A stretch of 64,000 bases of DNA from Dehalococcoidia bacterium (GTDB lineage: Bacteria; Chloroflexota; Dehalococcoidia; Lucifugimonadales; QGNO01): NCBI GenBank assembly GCA_965197965.1, contig OZ240235.1:1189820-1253819 (forward strand). The letters are read 5' to 3'. Shown one piece after another: positions 37,984 through 47,940 of this stretch. Position numbers and translations under genes: made by a program. The first letter of the stretch is position 1. Every line of letters begins with the position of its first letter. Under the pieces are notes generated by a model. The model saw only the letters and a program-made list of their open reading frames with translations, was not told where the DNA came from and did no database searches.

Positions 37984-39222
37984 CTATCCGGCACCGCTCC
38001 CGTAGATGACCGTATCGGGCTTGAAGGCCGCCCATGCGAACCAGAAGTGGTTGGCGTGGACTACCGGAGTCAGCCTGCTGCCCGCCAGCGCGCCTTCGAC
38101 CGACTCGCCCAGGATGTTCCACCTGCTGCCCGTCTCATCGTCCACAAAGCCGTCGTCATCGGCGCTGAAGGTCAGCTTTCGACCGCCTGCCACGGGTTCG
38201 AACACTCCCGTGGAGCCCACGTCCTTGGAATCCACGATCACACTTCTATCGAGCGCGGAGACCGTGCCCGGCTTGAAGAAGATCACGATCTCCTGGCCGC
38301 CCACCGTGTCGTGTATTACCCGTTCTTGCTCCAGCAGAGAGAACGGGTAAGCCGCGTCCGCGCCGTCTATGCTCACCGCCGCTATGCGCTCTTTGGGCAG
38401 CAGTCTGGAGTCCATGTCGCCCCGGAACAGGAACGGCGGGTTGTCCACTCTATCGTACCCCGAATAGGGGTTCTCTCCGTAGCGTCGTGTAAAGCCCGTG
38501 GCCCGCGATAGCACCTGGCTGTCCGGGTTGGCCTCTTTGAAGTCGCTCCAAGCAATGATAGAAGCGGGAACCATGGTCAGTTCACGACCGGCCAGCGTTC
38601 CCACTATCCCCTCTCCGGTGAACTGCTGCCACCAGGACTGGGTCTGCCTGTCGTACATGATGAGATCGCTGTTCCGCAGGTTGCCGGACACGCCAAAGTC
38701 GAGCACCTCTCCTTCAAAACGGCGGTCGAAGGCAAGTGCCGAGTTGCATAGGGGGCAGAACGTTACCGATACAGGCGCTCCGCCTATCTCGTCGTTGACT
38801 ATTTCGTGCCAGGTCAAAATCTGTATCGGATAAGCCCTGGCTTCACCGTTGACCTCGACCAAAATGACCGGTTCCTTATCTCCCAGCCAGCCGTCCGCCT
38901 CCTCGACCGTGACGAAACTGGGATTGTCTATAGGCGGAATGCCATCCCTGCCCACGCCGCCGGAGAATATCTCCCCGTAATCCACGGTATGGCGGCTGAA
39001 GTCGGTGTCCCAAGCTCCGGTGGAAATGCGCGCCGCGCTCAGCTTCTCTTGGTAGTTCGGGTCCGCGTCTATGCCGGGGGCCAGTCCTCCGGGCGCAGGG
39101 GTCGAGGCAGTGTCCGTGCCGTCCACGGGGCCGGTCGAATCGCCCCAGTTCAATGCTAATGTTCCTATAATAGTGGCAGTCCCTATGACCACCGCCAGTA
39201 CAAGCCAGGGTATCTTACGCAT
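37984..39222 (-). CDS. DUF3179 domain protein (secreted/membrane-anchored)
   Basis: 412 aa. N-terminal TM. RDGIPPIDNPSFV, AYPIQILTWHEIVND, VTFCPLCNS are DUF3179 hallmarks. Confidence 0.8.
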   Translation of the reverse strand: MRKIPWLVLAVVIGTATIIGTLALNWGDSTGPVDGTDTASTPAPGGLAPGIDADPNYQEKLSAARISTGAWDTDFSRHTVDYGEIFSGGVGRDGIPPIDNPSFVTVEEADGWLGDKEPVILVEVNGEARAYPIQILTWHEIVNDEIGGAPVSVTFCPLCNSALAFDRRFEGEVLDFGVSGNLRNSDLIMYDRQTQSWWQQFTGEGIVGTLAGRELTMVPASIIAWSDFKEANPDSQVLSRATGFTRRYGENPYSGYDRVDNPPFLFRGDMDSRLLPKERIAAVSIDGADAAYPFSLLEQERVIHDTVGGQEIVIFFKPGTVSALDRSVIVDSKDVGSTGVFEPVAGGRKLTFSADDDGFVDDETGSRWNILGESVEGALAGSRLTPVVHANHFWFAWAAFKPDTVIYGSGAG

Positions 39223-39252
39223 TACCTGCCCGCGACTTCCAGATCTGGCTGC

Positions 39253-41334
39253 TCATGGACTCACCGCCTCTTCGCAATCCGGGAGAGGGAGGCTCCCTAG
39301 GTCGTTGTCCTCAATACCCTGCAAGGCTGTTGGGATGCAACCGGTAAATCGATTGCCTATCAATAAAAGCCTCCCCAGGTTTGTGAGGTTATCCAGCTCC
39401 GGCGGAATGCTCCCACTCAAGTAGTTTTCGCTGAGGTCCAGAAACCACAGCTTCGTCAGGCTGCCCAGCTCCGGCGGGATGCTCCCGTTTAGGTAGTTCC
39501 TGCTGAGAACCAGCGTTCTGAGCTCGGCTATCTCCCCCAGCTCAGGCGGAACCGTGCCCGTGAGTCTATCGCGCACGATGCCATGCGAGTCACGGCCTCG
39601 AAGAATCAACCTGTGGACACGGGACGGCTCGCCGCGCAGGGTGACCCCCTCCCACTCTTCCATGGGAGCGCTCTCGCTCCAGTTCAACTCGACACCCCCT
39701 CCAAGCCTGTCCCGGACGCTCAGCAGGACCTCGCAGTCGCGGACCAGGCCAGGATTAGCCTCCGGCTCCGGGACGATGCGGCCCGACGAGCACCCCGCCA
39801 AGTCAACGGGCCTCCCGGACAGCGGCGGGCTCAATGCCTGGAAACGATCCTCCTTATCCAGCCCCATCAGAAAGCGTATGTCCGCCCCGTCGCGGGCTAC
39901 CGTCGCCAGGAGATGTGCCGGATGGTAGATCGCTATCCTGGACCCATCCGGCGACCATGCGGCCCTGGTACTTGGCAAGCCGGGGGCCAAACTCCGCAGG
40001 CCCGTGCCATCCGACCGCACAATATATGCTGTGTTGAGAAGATATGCTGCGCGGTTACGAAATTCTGTGTCAATAAGATCTGCTTGGTCGAAAAGATACG
40101 CTTTACCGGCAATGAAGAGCAGCTCTGACCCATCGGGAGACCAAGACACCTGTGAGACTCGTGAGGGCTCTCGTGAGGACCATACTGTGGGGTCGTTGGG
40201 CTCACCGCGCCAGACCGTGCGTAGGCCTGTGCCATCGGGCCTGACCGCGTAGATTATGGGCGCATCTCCGACAATTGAGGCGAAGGCCAGCTCCTCTCCG
40301 TCCGGGGACCAGGTGGCGGCCGCCGTGGTAGCTCCTATCCGGGTCAACCCTGCTCCATCGGAACCAATGACATAGAGCCCGCCAATGCCGTCGCCAAACT
40401 CTCCCTCATCCGCAATGAACGCCAAGCGCTGACCGTCAGGCGACCAGACCGGGGGGTACAGGGCAACCCAGCTAGTGGTGTCATGCGGTTGCGATGCCGC
40501 CGGTGCATCCGGAGATATTATGACTAGTTTCATATCGTCGTCACCCGGAAAGATTCCATGTACTATGGAGGTGTTTGCAACGATGACGAGCTGTGTCCCA
40601 TCCGGTGACCAGACGGGGTAGTGATCGAAACGCTCGTTGTTCGTCAGTCGCTTCTTATCGGTGCCGTCTATGTTAACCATGGCGATCTCGTAACCCTCAG
40701 AGTACTCGCCGAACGGGCCTGGCTCGTCGGGCATGTATCCACAGGTGGAGTAGACGATCCGAGAGCCGTCCGGCGATACGTCGGCGTAGAACCCGTACTC
40801 GAATCTGTAAGTGCCGCCGTATCCCCCGCTTTCGTGGTAGTCCACATCTGCATCAGCCACTTCTCTCACCTGAGCGCCTGCGATGTCCAACGCCAGGATC
40901 AAATCGTCATGGTCGAACACCAGGTGAGTGCCCCCTCCTGCCCAATGAATGAAATGCTCGTGCAAGTCTATATAATCTCCGTAGATACTAGGGCCGCACG
41001 GCTCGGTCGGGTCCGAGTGTGCAATCAACGTGGGTGTGGGCGTCGGGGTTGGTGTGGGTACCGACGAGGGTGTGGGCGTCGGGGTTGGTGTGGGTACCGA
41101 CGAGGGTGTAGGCGTCAGTGCTGTAGCCGTAGCTCTAGCAGATAAAAGCTGCTGAGCTAGCTGGTCTTGAAGATTCGGCGTGGAGGTCGGTGGCGGTGGC
41201 GGTACGGGCGTAGCCGTCGGGGTTGGTGTAGGCGATGGCGTCGGTTCAGGCATCCCGGTGCAACCGGAAATTGCCGACGCCAGCGCTAGCGCAACCGTTC
41301 CCAGTACCAGCAATTGGGTTGTCTGCTTTATCAT
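39253..41334 (-). CDS. lipoprotein: Pro/Thr linker + TolB-like (PD40) beta-propeller + C-terminal plant-type leucine-rich repeats, copy A
   Basis: 693 aa. Lipobox SAISGC. PTPTPT linker. Repeated WSPDG motifs. C-terminus LTGTVPPELGEIAELRTLVLSRNYLNGSIPPELGSLTKLWFLDLSENYLSGSIPPELDNLTNLGRLLLIGNRFTGCIP. Confidence 0.85.
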   Translation of the reverse strand: MIKQTTQLLVLGTVALALASAISGCTGMPEPTPSPTPTPTATPVPPPPPTSTPNLQDQLAQQLLSARATATALTPTPSSVPTPTPTPTPSSVPTPTPTPTPTLIAHSDPTEPCGPSIYGDYIDLHEHFIHWAGGGTHLVFDHDDLILALDIAGAQVREVADADVDYHESGGYGGTYRFEYGFYADVSPDGSRIVYSTCGYMPDEPGPFGEYSEGYEIAMVNIDGTDKKRLTNNERFDHYPVWSPDGTQLVIVANTSIVHGIFPGDDDMKLVIISPDAPAASQPHDTTSWVALYPPVWSPDGQRLAFIADEGEFGDGIGGLYVIGSDGAGLTRIGATTAAATWSPDGEELAFASIVGDAPIIYAVRPDGTGLRTVWRGEPNDPTVWSSREPSRVSQVSWSPDGSELLFIAGKAYLFDQADLIDTEFRNRAAYLLNTAYIVRSDGTGLRSLAPGLPSTRAAWSPDGSRIAIYHPAHLLATVARDGADIRFLMGLDKEDRFQALSPPLSGRPVDLAGCSSGRIVPEPEANPGLVRDCEVLLSVRDRLGGGVELNWSESAPMEEWEGVTLRGEPSRVHRLILRGRDSHGIVRDRLTGTVPPELGEIAELRTLVLSRNYLNGSIPPELGSLTKLWFLDLSENYLSGSIPPELDNLTNLGRLLLIGNRFTGCIPTALQGIEDNDLGSLPLPDCEEAVSP
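41044..41126. repeat. 36-bp tandem repeat inside the Pro/Thr linker coding region
   Basis: GTGTGGGCGTCGGGGTTGGTGTGGGTACCGACGAGG occurs exactly twice (41044-41079, 41080-41115), plus a partial third. It encodes PSSVPTPTPTPT. Confidence 0.9.
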
Positions 41335-41462
41335 GACGTCCTCGCCGGGTGAGTAGGGAGATTATACATAGAGTACGCTGCAATAGTGGGAATGGATTCC
41401 CAACCGGGCGAGACGAGGCTAGCAGGTACTTTACAGCTACCGCGACTTCCAGATGTGGCTGC

Positions 41463-43475
41463 TCATGGACTCACCGCCTCTTCGCAATCCGGGAGACTGG
41501 GGCTCCCAAGGTCCTCGTCCTCAATGTTTCGCAAGGCTGTTGGGATGCAACCGGTAAATCGATTGCCCCACAAGTAAAGCCTCCTCAGGTTTGTGAGGTT
41601 ACCCAGCTCCGGCGGGATGCTCCCACTTAAGTAGTTATTAATGAGGACCAGGCTCCTCAGCTTCGTCAAGCTGCCCAGCTCCGGCGGGATGCTCCCGCTC
41701 AAGTAGTTCCAGTCGAGTGCCAGCGCCCTGAGCTCGTCCAGACCCCCCAGATCAGGCGGCAACGTGCCTGTAAGTTTATCGCGCGCTATGCCGCTGCCAT
41801 AGCCTGGAAGAATCAAACTGCGGACACGGGACGGCTCGCCGCCCAGAGTGACCCCTTCCCACTCTTCCATGGGAGCGCTCTCGCTCCAGTCCAACTCGAC
41901 ACCCCCTCCAAGCCTGTCCCGGATGCTCAGCAGGACCTCGCAGTCGTGGACCAGGCCCGGATTGGCCTCCGGCTCCGGGACGACGAGGCCCGCCGAGCAC
42001 GCCGCCAGGTCCACCGGCCTCCCGGACAGCGGCGGGTTCAATGCCTGGAAACGACCCTCCTTACCCAGCCCCATCAGAAAGCGCAGGTCTGTCCCGTCCC
42101 GAGCTACCGTCGCTAGGAGATGTGCCGGATGGTAGACCGCTATCCTCGATCCGTCCGGCGACCATGCCGCCCTGGTACTTGGCAAGCCGGGGGCCAAACT
42201 CCGCAGGCCCGTGCCATCCGACCGCACAATATACGCTGCGTTGAGAAGATTTGCTACGCGGTTAAGAAATCTTGTGTCAAGAAGATCTGCTTTGTCGAAA
42301 AGATACGCTCCGCCTTCAAGAAAGAGCAGCTCTGACCCATCGGGAGACCAGGACACCTGTGAGACTCGTGAGGGCTCTCGTGAGGACCATACTGTGGGGT
42401 CGTTGGGCTCACCGCGCCAGACCGTGCGCCTGCCTGTGCCGTCGGGCCTGACCGCGTAGATTATGGGCGCATCTCCGTCAATCGAGGCAAAGGCCAACTC
42501 CTCGCCGTCCGGGGACCATGTGGCCGCCGCCGTAGTATCTCCTATCCGGGTCAACCCTGCTCCATCGGAACCAATGACATAGAGCCCGTCAACGCCGTCG
42601 CCAAACTCTCCTTCATCCGCGATGAACGCCAAGCGCTGACCGTCAGGAGACCAGACCGGGGGGTACAGGGCAACCCTACCAGTAGAGGAAAGTCGTTGCG
42701 ATGCCTGTGCATCTGCAGATAATATGACTAGTTTTATACCCTCATATGTGTCTGAAACGATGGCGACCTGCGTCCCATCCGGTGACCAGACGGGATAGAG
42801 ATGGAAACGCTGGTTATACGTCAGTCGCTTCTTATCGGTGCCGTCTATATTCATCGTGGCGATCTCGTAACTCTCAAGGTACTGGCTACGTTCTGGCTCG
42901 TTGAGCATGTATTCACAGGTGGAGTAGACGACTTGAGAGCCGTCCGGCGATACGTCGGCGTAGAACCCGTACTCGAATCTGTAAGGGTCAAAGTATGCCC
43001 CGCTTTCCTGGTAGTCCCCATCTGCATCGGCCACTTCTCTCACCTGAGCGCCTGCGATGTCCAGCGCCAGGATTAGATCGTCATGGTCGAACACCAGGTG
43101 TGTGCCCCCTCCTGCCCAATGAATGAAATGCTCGTGCAAGTCTCCATAATTTCCGTAGTACCCGATTTCATGAGGACCACACGGCCCTAGAATCTCTATG
43201 TTGGAGGGCGATGGCGTCGGTGTTGGTGCAGGCGTAGCAGTCTGGGTAGGCGTCGGTGGCGGTACGGGCGTGGGTGTGGAGGTCGGCGTGGGTGGCGGTA
43301 CAGGTGTGGGCGTAGCCGTGGAGGTTGGTGTAGGTGTCAGAGTAGACCCGTCCAACGATGGGGTGACTATCTCATTAGAACATCCGGCCAGAAGCACGGC
43401 AACGAGCATCAGAGCCGGAGCAGGCCAACTTGCGATCGCTCTCAACATTGCTGCCTCCGTTGCTATAGTCAGCAA
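41463..43475 (-). CDS. lipoprotein: Pro/Thr linker + TolB-like beta-propeller + plant-type LRR, copy B (tandem paralog)
   Basis: 670 aa (possible start at ATG 43448). Lipobox LLAGC. Same architecture as copy A, with long stretches of near-identical DNA. Confidence 0.85.
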   Translation of the reverse strand: MLTIATEAAMLRAIASWPAPALMLVAVLLAGCSNEIVTPSLDGSTLTPTPTSTATPTPVPPPTPTSTPTPVPPPTPTQTATPAPTPTPSPSNIEILGPCGPHEIGYYGNYGDLHEHFIHWAGGGTHLVFDHDDLILALDIAGAQVREVADADGDYQESGAYFDPYRFEYGFYADVSPDGSQVVYSTCEYMLNEPERSQYLESYEIATMNIDGTDKKRLTYNQRFHLYPVWSPDGTQVAIVSDTYEGIKLVILSADAQASQRLSSTGRVALYPPVWSPDGQRLAFIADEGEFGDGVDGLYVIGSDGAGLTRIGDTTAAATWSPDGEELAFASIDGDAPIIYAVRPDGTGRRTVWRGEPNDPTVWSSREPSRVSQVSWSPDGSELLFLEGGAYLFDKADLLDTRFLNRVANLLNAAYIVRSDGTGLRSLAPGLPSTRAAWSPDGSRIAVYHPAHLLATVARDGTDLRFLMGLGKEGRFQALNPPLSGRPVDLAACSAGLVVPEPEANPGLVHDCEVLLSIRDRLGGGVELDWSESAPMEEWEGVTLGGEPSRVRSLILPGYGSGIARDKLTGTLPPDLGGLDELRALALDWNYLSGSIPPELGSLTKLRSLVLINNYLSGSIPPELGNLTNLRRLYLWGNRFTGCIPTALRNIEDEDLGSPSLPDCEEAVSP

Positions 43476-43585
43476 CCTCTATGCCTATGTCTACGACTCT
43501 CGCCGTTCTTTGGATTCTTTAGAAGCTGTACACAAAGCCACCCCGCCAATCAATTCAGAGATGTTGGCTAAGGTGCACGGCTGGA

Positions 43586-44242
43586 TTACAAGGCATGGTC
43601 CAAGACAATGACGCGGGTGGCGCCTGGCAGATCACCGGAGGAAATAGTCGTCTCGCTCTCACCCACGCGCTGCACGTCGCTCTTACCCCTGGCGAAGTCC
43701 TCCGCCGTGTATTTGGTATAGGTGCAGTTCGCATTGGTGAAGTGCATGGGGATGACCGCCTTTGGCTTCATGTTGTCCACCAGCTTGTTGAGCGCTTCCA
43801 GGTCGATGGTAGGCCCCCCACCCGCTACGGCGAGAAGCACGTCCACCTCGCCTATTTCCGATAGCTGCTGCGAGCTTAGCTGGTGGCCAAGGTCTCCTAG
43901 ATGGCAGAACTTGACCCCGTCCACGTCGAAGCAGAAGACGGTATTGGGGCCGCGCTGTGCTCCCTGTTCCGTGTCATGGTAGGTGGCAACGCCGTGGAAC
44001 TGAATCCCCCTAGCGTCCTGAGGCCCCGTACCCCGTACGACTTCGGGGCTGCCTCCCACGTCTGCGGTGTGATTGTGGTCGTTATGCTCGTGGCTTACCG
44101 TGACCACGTCTGCCGCCTCATTGATTCTGGCGTAGCCGACCAGGCCGCCGTCTGATTGAGACTTGTACGGATCGGTGATGATTCTTGTGCCGTCATCGGC
44201 GGTTATGAGAAAAGAAGCGTGGCCCAGCCATTTCAACTTCAT
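43586..44242 (-). CDS. MBL-fold metallo-hydrolase
   Basis: 218 aa. MKLKWLGHASFLI, VTVSHEHNDH, CHLGDLGH. Confidence 0.8.
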   Translation of the reverse strand: MKLKWLGHASFLITADDGTRIITDPYKSQSDGGLVGYARINEAADVVTVSHEHNDHNHTADVGGSPEVVRGTGPQDARGIQFHGVATYHDTEQGAQRGPNTVFCFDVDGVKFCHLGDLGHQLSSQQLSEIGEVDVLLAVAGGGPTIDLEALNKLVDNMKPKAVIPMHFTNANCTYTKYTAEDFARGKSDVQRVGESETTISSGDLPGATRVIVLDHAL

Positions 44243-44330
44243 AACGTAGCCCCCTAACTGATTCTTAGAATGCTTCTCAGGCTAAATTACCCCCACGGTA
44301 TCCACTGCGTCAAGCTGGATACAACGCCCC

Positions 44331-45929
44331 CTACGCTTCGTGCACTATCTCCCCACCGACCATGGTCATTTCCACCGGGATTTCCATGATGGACTCCGGT
44401 TCCACCGCCGTTGGATCATCTGCCAGCACCACCAGGTCTGCCAGCTTGCCGGCTTCTATAGACCCCTTAGCGCCCTCCTCGAAAGAGGCGTATGCCCCAT
44501 TTATGGTGTATATCTTCAGCGCTTCTTCCACGGTCACGCGCTGGCTGGGTCCCCAAACGTTCCCATGCATATCTGTCCTGGTCACGCAAGCCTGGATCCC
44601 CATAAGAGGCGGGTACATGCCGCAGGGGTAATCGGCGGCCCCAGTGGATACTATCCCACTGTCTATGAAAGAGCGCTGGGCAAACATCCACTCCAACCGT
44701 TCCTTCCCGTAATACTTCATCTTCTCCCCATGGTAGTAAACGTAAGTGCAGAAAGGAGTTGCTACGCAGCCCAGCGCTCTCATGCGCCGCAGGATGTCCG
44801 GATTCACCACGGTGCAATGCTCAATGCGGTGCCGCGTGTCCGTCCTTGGATATTCGGCCTGCGCCTTCTCGTAAGCGGTGAGCACCTGCTCTATCGCCGA
44901 GTCGCCGTTTGCGTGGATGCAAATCTGGAACCCGGCGCGGTGCCATTCCATCACCATGCGCTCGGTCTCTTCAGGCCCCACTGCCAGAAAGCCGCGGTCA
45001 TCATCGCTCCCCTCGTAGGGACGGGACAGGTAGGCGGTACGAGACGCTATACCCCCATCGACCGATACCTTGATCCCGCCGAGGCGCAGGCGGTCATCTC
45101 CAAAGCCGGATCTTACGCCCGCGTCGCGCAGCGCCGGAAAATGACTGCGATGCATCAGCAGGTACACTCTCAAAGGCAGCTCCCCTTTTCGACGCGCTTC
45201 CTGATAAACGCGGAACTCATCCGCCGATACCATGGCGTCGTGGACGGAGGTGGCGCCAGCTTTCGCGTACATATCCATGATGATCTTCAACCCGTTGTGG
45301 CGGTCATCGTCCGTTGGCTGGGGTATCAGATCCCTTTCCACCCATTCCGCGGCGTGCTGGTAGACCACGCCCGTCAGCTCTCCGCTGGCGGGGTCCTTTT
45401 CCAGATAGCCCCCCGGCGGCGCCTGCGTATCCCGGTTGTACCCGGCGGCTTCCAGGGCTTTAGAGTTGAAGTAATAGACCAGGCCGGCGCGGTGCGCCAC
45501 AAAGATGGGATGTTCCCTGCTCACGGCATCCAGGTCTGCTCTATTGAGGAAGCGATTTTCCACCGTCTTGGTGTCATCAAAGTTGAAGCCCTGTACCCAT
45601 TCCCCCGGTCTTTTCTTGGATGCCTGATCCCTTAACGCGTCTTGTATCGCCTCTATGCTCGGTTGAGCGCAGTCTGCCTGCGTTACGTGACGTACGCCGC
45701 TGCTCATAACATGAGTATGCGCATCTATGAAGCCGGGGAGCACTGTCTTGCCGCCTACGTCCAGAACCCTGGTGCTTGGGCCGGTAAGCCCCTCCATATC
45801 CTGGTTGGAGCCAACACCGGTGATCCTGCCGTCCGATATGGCAATGGCCCCGGCGCGCGGCATGCTGGGGTCGATTGTGATGACGTTAGCGTTCTTGATT
45901 ACTATCTCCGCTTTCAGACCGCCGACCAT
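44331..45929 (-). CDS. amidohydrolase (amidohydrolase_3 / YtcJ-like)
   Basis: Start at ATG 45929 (GGAGGAAGGA upstream). GFIDAHTH, HANGD, IEHC, GSIEAGKLADLVVL. Confidence 0.85.
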   Translation of the reverse strand: MVGGLKAEIVIKNANVITIDPSMPRAGAIAISDGRITGVGSNQDMEGLTGPSTRVLDVGGKTVLPGFIDAHTHVMSSGVRHVTQADCAQPSIEAIQDALRDQASKKRPGEWVQGFNFDDTKTVENRFLNRADLDAVSREHPIFVAHRAGLVYYFNSKALEAAGYNRDTQAPPGGYLEKDPASGELTGVVYQHAAEWVERDLIPQPTDDDRHNGLKIIMDMYAKAGATSVHDAMVSADEFRVYQEARRKGELPLRVYLLMHRSHFPALRDAGVRSGFGDDRLRLGGIKVSVDGGIASRTAYLSRPYEGSDDDRGFLAVGPEETERMVMEWHRAGFQICIHANGDSAIEQVLTAYEKAQAEYPRTDTRHRIEHCTVVNPDILRRMRALGCVATPFCTYVYYHGEKMKYYGKERLEWMFAQRSFIDSGIVSTGAADYPCGMYPPLMGIQACVTRTDMHGNVWGPSQRVTVEEALKIYTINGAYASFEEGAKGSIEAGKLADLVVLADDPTAVEPESIMEIPVEMTMVGGEIVHEA

Positions 45930-46143
45930 ATCCTTCCTCCTTGGTGAGGAGTGTGTTCTCACCCTATCTTATACCGTCTGCCCCTGCCTAACTTTACACA
46001 CTTATCTTGACACTACCATCCAGGCAGCGGCTGGGGGGTAGGACGAGATAGCCCCTCTCGGCAGCAACACCGACGCCCTTTTATGCTATATTTGGAATGT
46101 GACCGCCAAGCGCCGTACACTTTAGATTCGGAGGACTACGGAA

Positions 46144-46641
46144 ATGATAGGCGACAATCTTCGGGATGCGCTAAACCAGCAGATCACCAACGAGTTGAGC
46201 GCAGCCTACTTCTACCTGTCCATGGCGGGATATTTCGAGTCTTTGAGCCTGCCCGGTTTTGCCAGTTGGATGAGGCTTCAACACCAGGAAGAAACAGACC
46301 ACGCTATGAAGATATTTGACTTCGTGACCGACAAGGGCGGACGCGTGACCCTTGGGCCTATAGACGCCCCCACTTCCGAGTTCGATTCAGTGGAAGCGGC
46401 CATTGGACAGGCTCTGGAGCACGAGCGACGCGTCACCGCGGATATCTACTCTTTGCACGAAGTGGCGCAGCAGGAGCGCGACTACGCCGCTCACGTCCTC
46501 CTTGAGTGGTTCTCAGAGGAGCAGGTGGAGGAGGAGAAGACCATAGAGGAGCTTTTGGACCATGTGCGTATGGTCGGCGACAACGGAGCGGGACTGCTGA
46601 TACTGGATGCGCGGCTGGGCAGCCGCACCAGCGCCGAGTAA
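46144..46641 (+). CDS. ftn: ferritin (non-heme bacterial type)
   Basis: 165 aa. LNQQITNELSAAYFYLSMAGYF, QEETDHAMK, ALEHERRVT ferroxidase-centre residues. Confidence 0.9.
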   Translation: MIGDNLRDALNQQITNELSAAYFYLSMAGYFESLSLPGFASWMRLQHQEETDHAMKIFDFVTDKGGRVTLGPIDAPTSEFDSVEAAIGQALEHERRVTADIYSLHEVAQQERDYAAHVLLEWFSEEQVEEEKTIEELLDHVRMVGDNGAGLLILDARLGSRTSAE

Positions 46642-46658
46642 CGCGGGGAGTCTTCGGT

Positions 46659-47087
46659 ATGACGCAAGACCAGCAGCCGATAGCGCACACGTCTCACACG
46701 GAGATAACCCTTGACCAGCTGGGCAATATGCAGCCGGGGTTGGCGCGTCTGATGGCGGAGGTCAGCGATAGGTACTGGATCATCTACTACGCGGCCAAGG
46801 GCGGAAACTGGAAGCTGGCGGCACTTCAGTCGTCTGAACTGGAAAAGGCGTTCAAGATAGGAGAGGTGACCAGACCCAGGTATACGGCCCATCTGGAGGC
46901 CTTTATCAAGGGGCCGTTGGCAGCCATCAACAAGGCCATTGAGGAACAGGACTGGGATGCCTTTGAGCACAGCTACAATGTAGGCATCACCGCGGCCAAC
47001 GCCTATCACCGTGAATACAACCACGAGGAGATTGTCTGGCAGCTGCCGGACGAGCCTCCCAAGCACCTCAGGCTCACGCCAAGCTAA
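46659..47087 (+). CDS. hypothetical protein
   Basis: ATG 46659, 17 nt after the ferritin stop. 142 aa. The track ORF start 46506 overlaps ferritin and was trimmed. No family recognised. Confidence 0.5.
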   Translation: MTQDQQPIAHTSHTEITLDQLGNMQPGLARLMAEVSDRYWIIYYAAKGGNWKLAALQSSELEKAFKIGEVTRPRYTAHLEAFIKGPLAAINKAIEEQDWDAFEHSYNVGITAANAYHREYNHEEIVWQLPDEPPKHLRLTPS

Positions 47088-47166
47088 CCCCGAGGTGCCT
47101 TCAACAGTTGACAAGAGCAGCCCATAATGCGAATATATGTTCTAGCTCACTAGAGGTCATCTCGCT

Positions 47167-47940
47167 ATAGCATCGACGATTGAATGGACGGACGAAACCT
47201 GGAACCCGGTCACGGGGTGCACGCGGGTATCCCCAGGGTGCGACCACTGTTACATGTTCGCCCTGTATCCACGGCTGATGGCAATGGGCGTGCCAGGGTA
47301 CGAGAGCGATCCGCGTGATGTGCGGCTGTTGCCGGAGAGACTCGAGGCTCCCCTAAGCTGGGCGAAACCCCGTCGCGTCTTCGTCAACAGCATGTCGGAC
47401 GTTTTCCACCCACGTGTACCCTACGACTTCATCAACGACATCTTTGACGTGATGCGTGATGCGGCGGAGCGGCGAGGGCACGTCTTCCAGGTCCTCACAA
47501 AGCGGCCTGGGCGAGCCGTCGGCTGGTGGAAGGCCAACGAGGCCCGCTACGGAGGCGAGTGGCCAAACGGTGTTTGGATTGGCACCTCAGTAGAGAATCA
47601 GAAATACGCGCCGCGCATCGCGGTGCTGGCGCGGCTGCCGGCAACGGTGCGCTTCGTGTCCGCGGAGCCCTTGCTTGGGGAGGTAGACCTCCGGCAGTGG
47701 CTTCACGCCGGCGTACTCCATTGGGTGATAGCCGGAGGGGAGAGTGGGCCGAGAGCGCGGCCAATGGACTTGGAATGGGCGCGAGACCTCCGAGACCAGT
47801 CTATTGAGGCAGGCGTAGCGTTCTTTCTCAAGCAGCTGGGCGGCCGCCGCGGCAAGCGGTCGGGAGAAGAAGCGACGATAGATGGGCGCATGTGGCGTGA
47901 GTTCCCAGAGCTGATAGAAGGAAAACCGGATGCCGCCTAG
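47167..47940 (+). CDS. phage Gp37/Gp68 family (DUF5131, three-Cys-motif) protein; no canonical start codon
   Basis: The frame is open from 47146. The conserved N-terminus IEWTDETWNPVTGCTRVSPGCDHCY lies upstream of the first ATG (47254). Between the upstream TAG (47143) and 47254 there is no ATG/GTG/TTG. ATA at 47167 sits 10 nt after AGAGG, where homologs would have the start. Confidence 0.7.
   Translation: MASTIEWTDETWNPVTGCTRVSPGCDHCYMFALYPRLMAMGVPGYESDPRDVRLLPERLEAPLSWAKPRRVFVNSMSDVFHPRVPYDFINDIFDVMRDAAERRGHVFQVLTKRPGRAVGWWKANEARYGGEWPNGVWIGTSVENQKYAPRIAVLARLPATVRFVSAEPLLGEVDLRQWLHAGVLHWVIAGGESGPRARPMDLEWARDLRDQSIEAGVAFFLKQLGGRRGKRSGEEATIDGRMWREFPELIEGKPDAA

Noticed and set aside
39253-43475. 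Tandem LRR-propeller genes as an assembly duplication artefact
   Set aside because: The two copies differ substantially in signal peptide, linker and scattered propeller positions, so they are true paralogs as far as sequence alone can show. Read-depth confirmation is still advisable.
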